A stretch of 64,000 nucleotides of DNA from Callorhinchus milii (taxonomy: Eukaryota), in NCBI RefSeq assembly GCF_018977255.1, contig NW_024704749.1, positions 19,530,001 to 19,594,000 of the forward strand, written 5' to 3'. Shown in pieces: positions 42,637 through 64,000 of the stretch. The position numbers were made by a program, and so were the translations under genes. Numbering within the stretch: the stretch's first letter is position 1; every line of letters begins with the position of its first letter. Under the pieces are notes generated by a model. The model was not told where the DNA came from. It did not search any database and saw only the letters and a list, made by a program, of their open reading frames with translations.

Positions 42637-45600
42637 ATGGCCAAAGGAAAGTCCAGCAGCAGTGCAGTGCCAGAGGCTAAGCCGCGCAAACCCAAAAAAT
42701 CAAAAAAAAAGAAGTTTTGGGTAAATAATACAGGTGTGACCAAAAAGAAGAGTGGTGTAGAGGTGCCTCTGCCTCCCAAAGGAGCTCTGGAATACTCCAC
42801 CAACTGGAAGAAACTTCAGCAGGTGAGAGGAGAGGAACGTAGGAATTGCCAGACGAAAAAAAACTTGGTCCATCCAGTTCACCTTCTGCCTTCCCGGCAG
42901 TCACTTGTTAAAATAATAATGGAGATGTTAACTAATCATGGCAATCTTTATCGATTAGACTACAACAGACTCGGGCATGACGTGAGAAAAGTGGTGGAAA
43001 GCTCTGGAAACCATGAGTGCGAAGTTGCTCATTTCTAATATTACACTTGCCATATGTCATGTCTCAAATTACGCATACTATATCCAAAAATATTATTTTC
43101 TTAAAGAAATCTAACCTAATTTGCACTTGAATTAATCTAAAACTTTCTGCTTCCACCATCTCCCAAGGGAGCCTGTAACATAGATTTACCACTCACTCAC
43201 TGAAATAATGTTTCTGCAGATTAGTTTTGAATTTGAATTTTTTGAATTTAAGTGCAGGCCATGTCTCTGGTTCTACTGTTCTGGACAAGATGAAACAGCT
43301 TGTCATGGTCTATGTTAAGTGGTTCCTTTAGATCCGGTAAATGGGTGAAGGGCTCAGTAGAACCAGTAGGACTCTTCTTGTCTCAAGTCCAGTGCTTGAT
43401 CCTCCAACCAATTGGGAGTGACAGTCGGGCAAGAGTGGTGATTTTGAGTATTCTAGGAATTATTTCCTTACAAACTTTTATTCCTTTCAATCAGCTGATG
43501 AATGAGAAGACGGCTGCTCAGAACTCAACTCCAGAGACGCAGAAAGTTCTAGAAAAGAAGTCCAAGCTCCGTGTGGACTTGGCTGCGGAGGAGACTCCTT
43601 CACGCAAGGTGAAACCAAAGTCAGCCACAGAAGAGAAACGCCAAGCAGCTAATGGCGCGCTGAGGGAGCCGGTGAAGGAGAATGGAACTCAGGCCACTAA
43701 ACCCGTCGCCAAAGGGAAGCGGCAAAAAGGACGCCAGCCTCCAGAGGAAAACCACATCAAAGACAAGAAACGAAAAAGAGAGAGTGAGAAACGAACAGGG
43801 TAAGTGTAAGGTAAATCATTCCCCAGGCTTGGGCTCAGCCTTGTGCTTGATACCGTAAAAACAGGACAGTTACTGCTCTTTATACATTCAGATTATAGGG
43901 TGTCCCAATCGGTTGTATCCTCGTCTGTGAGTCAGAAGGTTGTGGGTTCAAGCCCCACCCTGAGTCTTGAGCCCACAGATTGACAACACGGTGCAATGCT
44001 GGCGGGAGCTCTGTAGTGTTGATGTCATCCTTCAGGTGAGATGTTAACCTGAATGTCTTTACAGGTGACAATAAAGATCCCATGGCACTATCAGAAAAGA
44101 GAATGGAGTTTCTCCTCCAGATAAATTGACATTGTTCACCTTGTGGCTGGTTGGTTGTGATACTTTTCTGCGTGCAAAGTGGCTGCTTCATTTACTACAA
44201 AAAACAGTTTGGGTAGCAATTACCAAAGGGTTTAGAAATATTTTGAGATTATAGGTGCAATAAAAATGCAAGTTTTTTCTTTCTATAAAAGGTGTGTCTA
44301 CTGCACTGCTGTATCCTGTATATTTCTCTCTCATCCATCCCCCCCCCACCCCCAAACAAGTGTGAACAGGTCTGTGCTGAGTTACTCATATAAGTTGGAG
44401 GCTGCACTCAGGGCTATGTTAGGCCATAGCATTCCTGATTTTTTTTGGAGTGCGGGGGTAATAGCCAGGGTTCCTTCTGTTGTGCAATTAGCTGCTGTGT
44501 TTCTCCCACAAAATATATGGTCAATTCTCTTTACAGTATATTCTGTGAAGTGCTTTGAGATGTCTCAGTGAAGTGATGAGGCGCTACATCAAATGCAAGG
44601 ATTCTTATTGTTATTATTCTGGCTGTGAGACAATGTTATGCACCAATTAACTGACTCTAGGCAATTAGTACAGTCACTACACTTTATTGGAATCTCTGAA
44701 GTGCTTTGAGATGTTTTGACAAATAAGGCACTGCAGCAACTGGGAGGATTTCTTATTATTGCTTGTCTCTGTACTCACAGCTCGGCCGCTCCAGTTCTTG
44801 CCACGCCTGACATCTGGTTTGACGACGTGGATCCTGACGAAATCGAAGCTGCCATGGGGCAGCAGGCAGGGCTTGTGGCCCGGCAGCAGGTGGGCTACGC
44901 ACCAAAGGCCGCGGTGCACCCTGTCCAGGAGACCCTGGTTAAAGATGGAGGCTTCACTGGGTAGGCGCTGGTGGACTTGCTGCCCTTTAATAGATTCACA
45001 CACTGAGCTGCAATGTTGCATAATCAGAGGAGTGAGATTTACTCTGTATATAATTCATGCTGTCGCTGACCTGGGAATGCTGGACGATCAGTGTGTAGAG
45101 GGAGCTTTACTCTTTCTGAGCTGGAATGTGAAGAACACTTTCTGTATTTGTTTGTTGTTACAGACTGACAAAAGCCGTGGCAATGGACTGTGAGATGGTG
45201 GGAGTGGGGCCTGACGGTGTGGAGAGCATCCTGGCTCGGGTTTCTATCGTCAACCATTTTGGGAAATGTGTTTATGACAAATACGTTAAACCAACCGAGA
45301 AAGTAACAGATTACCGGACGCCAGTCAGCGGGATCCGACCCCACGATATGAAGAACGGTGAGTGAGTAGCTCTGAATTTTGGGCTGATCTTTTGGCTGCT
45401 GGGAAAGAGTGCAGCCTCTGTCATTGAGTCGCTTCCCAGTGAGCATTTGAGCATCTGTTGTGTAGTTATTCTGGATGTAACTCAGTGTAACAAATCCTCC
45501 TGCATCTATCTGTGTGTGTTTTGAGTGTCTGTGTGGGGCGGGGGGTGGTTTTTGTTTGTGTGTGTGTATATATATATGTGTGTATATTTAGGGGGTCTGT

Positions 45601-47444
45601 GCACCTTTCTGTATATTGTTTAATAATCTATAATTACTTATCCTTGTTCCTGAAATGAGTTTGTACACTTCTTTTTCTGTCTCACTTTCAAACTGCTTTG
45701 GCCTCTTTGTCAGGTGAGGAGTTTAAGGTGGTGCAGAAGGAGGTGGCAGATTTGCTGAGCGAACGGATGTTGGTTGGCCACGCGATACATAATGATCTGA
45801 AGGTAATAATATTAAACCTTTCATTTGATACAATGCCTTAACGTGTTGGAAGTACATCTCTTAAGCACTTCACAGCACGTACTGTGAAATATAGTGACCA
45901 TTTATAGGCAAACGTGGCAGTACAATTGCGCACAGCAGTGTCCCACAAACAGCCGTGAAACAAATGACTAATTTTACTTGGGGGTTTGTTGGCTAGGAGA
46001 AACTCCCTTCTCTTTTTTGAATAGTACCATGGGATCTGCCTAAATAGGCAGATGGGACCTCGCTTTAACGTCTCATCTAATTGAAGCTCCAACAACCATG
46101 CAACTGTTGTTGCGTAGGTGACTTGCTGTATTTCAAGTAGTTAGGCTGCTGATAACTGTTGTTTCATTGCTTACAGATCTTATTCCTTGATCACCCAAAA
46201 AGGAAAATCAGAGACACACAGAAGTACAAACCTTTCAGAAAAATAGTTAACGTAAGTCAAGCTGGAACTTGTGTGAGTGAGCGATGTGCATTCAGAGACT
46301 TTTGTCCAAGCTGTGGTGATGTTACGTGGCCCTTCCCTATAGTACAATCCAAACCAAACAGATTTCTAGGCATCCCATCTACAAATGTTGGAATGGAATG
46401 CCCACTCTCTCCCTGGAAGGGACGTATCCTGCCAGAAAGTATTAGGTGCAGGTTGACAAGAGCCAAGGCTTGGGGATCCCAGAGTGTGGGTTAGGGTAAC
46501 TGCTGGAATCTAACCAGTTTAAAACCATATAGATTGCCATTGATATTGCTATCTGGCAAGCTTTCCTGCCGCTTGTCCAGCTAGGACCACCCTATCCATT
46601 AGGTCTTTGGCTCGCAGGATTAACTGGAGTTGAGTGGGATGATTCCCTGTCCCCAGTGACTGGTCTGTCCTTCCAGGTCCTGCCGATGAACCAGGCTGGG
46701 CTGTAATGTCATCAGCCCTGGAATACTGTGGACCTGCCTGGCTCAGGAAGCGGACTAGAGACCGACTGACACAGGGACTGGCTCGATTCCGACATTCCAT
46801 TGCCAGGCATGTCACCTGGGTGCCAGTTCAGCTCCAAGGAGACTCCGCTTACCTCCATCAACGCCGACCCACCCCCCCCCCAACCCCACCCCCTGGAAGT
46901 GGTGTTTGATAAGAATGACAGAGCTGGAGTGATTGTAACTTGTCAGTGAAATGAAGAGCAGAATTGTGAAGAGAGCGAGAGAATACACTCACACACGGTG
47001 GAGGCTGATCATGTGAGGCTCAGCATCCATAAAAGACTAAAATTGATAATAATTCAAACATTTTTCCTCTTAACAGTCGGGCCGCCCCTCTCTGAAGCTC
47101 CTGTGTAGGGACATCCTCAACATTAGGGTCCAGGAATCTGAGCATTGCTCTGTAAGTACTATCTCATGTGTTTCTACCCGTCTCCTCTGAACTGGCAGAT
47201 TTTGAAGGTGTAAATAATTCTGCGATCTGATGACTCTGTTGCTGTCTGATATATATAACCTCTGGTCAGTGCATCGGTCAGTCTACGCCCTGTGTATAAT
47301 GTGTCTGTTCCTCCTCAGGTACAGGATGCCCAGGCTGCAATGAGACTATACACCTTGGTGAAGAAGCAGTGGGAGGCAGAGCTTAAAGAAAAAAGAGCAG
47401 TGAAAAGAAACCCAACCACCGAGTCAGTAGTTCAGAACAGCTAG
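42637..47444 (+). CDS. REXO4: RNA exonuclease 4 (DEDDh 3'-5' exonuclease), 8 coding exons, about 409 aa
   Basis: Exons 42637-42822, 43495-43799, 44781-44960, 45164-45357, 45714-45802, 46177-46251, 47077-47151, 47319-47444 (1230 nt, GT-AG, in frame). Motifs [77 protein letters not shown]. Confidence 0.95.
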
Positions 47445-48023
47445 CGGGAACCCGATCAACCTCCCAGCGAGGCGAAGGCTGGCCAAGAACTAGACTGCCT
47501 TCCTGCGACTCTGGCTCCCAGCACCTCAAGCCACGGGACATTGTTTGCTAGCAGCTTTCATATTTGTTTATTAAATAAAAACCACAACCACCAAACTGGC
47601 TTAAAGCGGGCAGGGTGGCTTAACGGCTCGTCAGATATCTCGGAGACGCTGGTGGACAAGGCTGAGCAGCCCATGGTTTGGTCTTGGCCAGTGGACCAGG
47701 AGACGTGTTGGGAATGTGAAGCGGGCAGACTGAGCCCTGGGGGGCAGTGCAGCACCCATGAAATCCTTCAGGTCTGATGTTTTGCGCTGTGACGAGTATG
47801 TGCCCGCGTGCATCTGTCACTGGTGGCGTTTATTTTCCCCATTGTGTTCCTAGTTGATGTTAACGGACAATACCGCTCACTGCTGTGCGAGACACGATCA
47901 GGCAGACCGCAGTGGGAAGCGAGTTCAGAACAGCAGTGGTCCCAGTCCTACCGGGGGGCAGGGAATGTTTGTTGAAACAATAACATTTCTGTCTTGCACA
48001 CAAGAGAAATGACTTATCTGTTT

Positions 48024-48084
48024 AATAAAAGCACATTTTAGTGTTAAGAGAGTCATGTTCCCATCTCAATGTGCTCTTTTTATT
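48024..48084. terminator. Convergent polyadenylation signals of REXO4 (+, AATAAA 48024-48029) and STKLD1 (-, AATAAA 48084-48079)
   Basis: Both hexamers are seen directly. A second back-to-back pair lies at 47567-47579. Confidence 0.5.
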
Positions 48085-48127
48085 TAACCAATGTTGTGTA
48101 GGTCACTGGTACCTAATCTTCCTCCAT

Positions 48128-60643
<12,516 letters not shown>

Positions 60644-61140
60644 GTGCTTCAGGGTTTGTTTACTTGTCACCTAGCAACAGTCTGTAGTATCATGAGAGCC
60701 CAATTCCAACTCTTGCATAAGGCAAAATACTACAGAGACTGGAAATCTGAACTAGAAACCAAAGTCACTGGGAATACTCAGCGGGTCAGGCGGCATCTAT
60801 GGAGAGAGAGGAAAGCGACGAAATAACGAAATACAATGACGGGAGGTCATTGTTCCGAAAAGTTAACTCACACCTGGAAACCAACTCGCTTCGTGTAAAG
60901 TAGCCACAGGGAGGACCAACACCGAGAGATGGGAGTGCTGCCCACAGCCAAGCTGGCCACATAATTGGACCCGCTCGATCAACGTGTGATGAAGCTGAAC
61001 CTTGTGACTGGTGGCCATTCTGTGAAGCACCTCACTGATCTGCCTCCGCTCCCCTCTGGCTGACACCTTGCAATCTTGGCTGTGCTCTGGCCTCCATGTC
61101 AGAAGGTTGAAGCCCCACATTGGCAACTTTGAGCTCACAG

Positions 61141-61411
61141 AGAGACCTGGGTTCAATTCCCGTCAGGACAAAACCGTGGGCAAGTTTCCCTTACTCCGCA
61201 CGCCTGATAATAATCCCTCAAAAAAAATATTGGTCATTTCAATCCACGACTGTTTGTGGGACATTGCTGTGCGCAATTGGCCGCCGCATTTTGCCCACAA
61301 ATATACAGTCAATTCACTTTACAGTCTATTCTGTGAAGCGCTTTGAGATGTCGAGAAGACGTGAAAAGCGCTATATCAAATGCAAGGATTATTATTATTA
61401 TTATTATTATT
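61141..61411 (+). mobile_element. tRNA-derived SINE copy, 5'-truncated at the inverted-repeat arm
   Basis: agagacctgggttcaattccc...core...caaatgcaaggattattattattatt. Confidence 0.75.
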
Positions 61412-61559
61412 AAATTTGTGACCCTGCGGGGGAGTAAGGACCGACACAAATTCTTCAATCGATTGATATTGATTAATGCTAATCAGTAAAGAAAAGCGAA
61501 TCAGAGTTATAGTTATAGGTTTCGTCAAATCAAATGAATGCTTTATGGCCGGTCAGTAA

Positions 61560-62095
61560 AGGTCATTTCATAGGATTTCAAGATCCTCATCCTCACCTAC
61601 AAGGCCATTCACGGCCTCGCTCCCTCCTACCTCTCCGACCTACTATCCCCCTACCTACCCGCCCGTACCCTCGTTCCTCTGGCTCCGGTCTGCTCCACGT
61701 CCCCCGCCCCAACCGCCCTACCATCGGTGGTCGGGCCTTCAGCCTCTCAGCCCCCAGGCTCTGGAACTCTATCCCCCAGTGTCTTCGCCGCTTCCTCCCT
61801 CTCCTCCTTCAAGGCCGGTCTCAAAACCTTTCTCTTTGACCGTGCCTTCAGCTCCCCTCTCGACTCTCTACCCCCTCCTCGCTCCCTCCCTTCCCTCCCC
61901 TCACCCTGACCATTTCCCCCCTCTCGCTCCCTCCCTCCCCTCACCCTGACCATTTCCCCCCTCCTCGCTCCCTCCCCTCACCCTGACCATTTCCCCCCTG
62001 CTCGGGTCATGACCCAACTGTGCAGCGCCTTGGGACGTCCTCCTGACGTGAAAGGCGCTTTATAAATGGAATCTTGTTGTTGTTGTTGTTGTTGG
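61560..62095 (+). mobile_element. L2-type LINE 3' end (ORF2 C-terminus plus tail)
   Basis: [64 protein letters not shown], followed by the tail gacgtgaaaggcgctttataaat...(ttg)n shared with the SINEs. A related tail is at 1-170. Confidence 0.8.
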
Positions 62096-62134
62096 TCAGT
62101 CCGCATACAGCCGCTCTGAGGAGGAATTGGTGAC

Positions 62135-62740
62135 TGGCCCCGCCCCTTATCTACAGCCCCACCCCTGGCCCATAGGCCCCACCCCTTATCTACAGCCCCA
62201 CCCCTGGCCCATAGGCCCCACCCCTTATCTACAGCCCCACCCCTAGCCCATAGGCCCCGCCCCTTATCTACAGCCCCACCCCTGGCCCATAGGCCCCGCC
62301 CTTATCGACAGCCCCACCCCTGCCCTTAGGCCCCGCCCCTTAGCTACAGCCCCACCCCTGCCCTATAGGCCCCGCCCCTTATCTACAGCCCACCCCCTGC
62401 CCATAGGCCCCACCCCTTATCTACAACCCCACCCCTGGCCCATAGGCCCCGCCCCTTATCTACAGCCCCACCCTGGTCCATAGGCCCCGCCCCTTATCTA
62501 CAGCCCCACCCCCTGGCCTATAGGTCCCGCCCCTTATCTACAGCCCCACCCTGGCCTGTAGGCCCCGCCCTTTATCTACAGGCACCGCCCCTGGCCTACA
62601 GGCCCCGCCCCTTACCAAAAGCCCCTGCCCCCTGGCCTTTAGGCACCGCCTCTTATCTCCAGACCCCGTCCCTTATCTACAGGCCCCGCCCCTTATCTAC
62701 AGGCCCCGCCCCTTATCTACAGGCCCCGCCCCTGGCCTAT
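62135..62740. repeat. ~39-bp minisatellite (ggccccgccccttatctacagccccacccctggcccata) in the STKLD1/SURF4 bidirectional promoter
   Basis: About 12 full units plus shorter ~20-bp derivatives. Confidence 0.92.
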
Positions 62741-62963
62741 AGAACCAACCCCTTGTTCCAAGGGCCCTGTCCCACCCTAATCAATGGACCCCACCCCTGT
62801 TACAGGCCCCGCCCCACACAACAGGCCCCACCTCTTGTTTACAGGCCCCGCCCCAATCCATAGGCCCCGCCCCCGGGTTACAGGTCCCGCCCAGGAAGTG
62901 CTGTGCGCGGCGCGGTGCAGTGTGGGCGCGGGGCTGAGGCCGGCGCTGGAGGAGCCGCGGAGG

Positions 62964-63011
62964 ATGGGTCGCAGCGACATCATGAGCGCGGCCGAGGACG
63001 TGGCCGATCAG
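62964..63011 (+). CDS. SURF4: Surfeit locus protein 4, first coding exon (remainder beyond the window)
   Basis: ATG 62964 encodes MGRSDIMSAAEDVADQ, then donor CAG|GTACCG. Matches the recalled SURF4 16-codon first exon MGQNDLMGTAEDFADQ; lies in a CpG island head-to-head with STKLD1. Confidence 0.88.
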
Positions 63012-63064
63012 GTACCGATCAGGTCTCCCCTCACGTTGGGGGGACCGGGGCTCAGGGCCTGCGG

Positions 63065-63555
63065 TCAGGGCGGGGCTGGTGACACGGGGGGGGGGAGTTG
63101 TGGTCAGGGCGGGGGGGGGGAGTTGTGGCCAGGGCGGGGGGGGGGGAGTTGTGGTCAGGGCGGGGGGGGGGGAGTTGTGGTCAGGGTGGGGGGGGAGTTG
63201 TGGCCAGGGCGGGGGGGGGGGGAGTTGTGGCCAGGGCGGGGGGGGGGAGTTGTGGTCAGGGCGGGGGGGGGGGGAGTTGTGGTCAGGGCGGGGGGGGGGG
63301 AGTTGTGGTCAGGGCGGGGGGGGGGAGTTGTGGCCAGGGCGGGGGGGGGGGGGGGGGGAGTTGTGGTCAGGGCGGGGGGGGGAGTTGTGGTCAGGGCGGG
63401 GGGGGGGAGTTGTGGTCAGGGCGGGGGGGGGGGGGTCGTGGTCGGGGCGGGGGGTCGTGGTCAGGGCGGGGGGGGGGAGTTGTGGCCAGGGCGGGGGGGG
63501 GGGGGAGTTGCGGTCAGGGCGGGGGGGGGGGGGAGTTGCGGTCAGGGCGGGGGGC
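63065..63555. repeat. G-rich minisatellite (gttgtggtcagggcgggggggggga)n at the start of SURF4 intron 1; G-quadruplex-prone
   Basis: About 18 units of ~25-30 bp with long G runs. Confidence 0.93.
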
Positions 63556-64000
63556 AGCCAGAGCCACAGCCTCCTGTGTGACTCGGGTGAAGTATTCCTC
63601 ACCAACACCCCCCCTTCCCCCCGACCACAACCCCCAAAGTGGCTGTGCCTGTGGTTGAAGGGGGGGTTGGTTGGGAACCGCCCCCCTATTGATTATTGGA
63701 GAAATATTAATTATAGTACAAAACATTAATCATAGTAGAAGTTGGATTTATTCGCTGATATTTATTTTCGCGTCAAACCCTACGCCCACCACAGTGCTCA
63801 GCACCTGATGCTGTGCGCCGGCACCTCAACACGTCAACGCCTCAAAGCGCTTCGGGGGATTTACTGTGAAGCACCACAGCTGTGAGGGACTGGGGGTGGT
63901 GGGGGTGAAGGAGGGTGGGGGGGAATTGTCGGCCAGGACACCAGGAGAGAGAAGCTCCCTTCTCCTTTCGAATAGCGCCGCGGGATCTTTACGAACATCC

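Noticed and set aside
62784-63729. Gly-rich 186-265 aa ORFs overlapping the SURF4 start
   Set aside because: Only 62964-63011 is coding; the rest is read-through into a G-rich intronic minisatellite.

Overview
Eukaryotic (vertebrate) genomic DNA, most likely a cartilaginous fish (chimaera/shark type). That assignment is inferred from the very dense tRNA-headed SINEs with Deu-type cores and L2-like tails, plus protein divergence. The window holds the block syntenic to human 9q34.2, in the same gene order and relative orientation: SLC2A6 (+, 10 exons), CACFD1/Flower (-, 5 exons), ADAMTS13 (-, 29 exons), REXO4 (+, 8 coding exons), STKLD1 (-, 19 coding exons) and the first coding exon of SURF4 (+). 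The first exon of PIERCE1/C9orf116 (-) lies at the left edge, where mammals have MYMK. I reconstructed all exon chains by hand from splice signals and frame continuity; orthologue comparisons are from memory, not from a database search. The most unusual observations are: (1) a 27 x 27-bp minisatellite read in frame as a 243-aa acidic Gly-rich C-terminal tail of STKLD1; (2) a 1-nt frameshift in STKLD1 coding exon 5; (3) a ~275-bp inverted duplication bracketing the first two STKLD1 coding exons, which could back-splice into a 129-nt stop-free circle; (4) ADAMTS13 natively carrying the equivalents of F592Y and R660K at the TTP autoantibody exosite, plus a short propeptide with a possible decayed propeptide exon, a six-cysteine TSP1-4 and two GC-AG introns; (5) G/C-skewed minisatellites flanking both bidirectional promoters. 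No prokaryotic-type systems (CRISPR, operons) are present.
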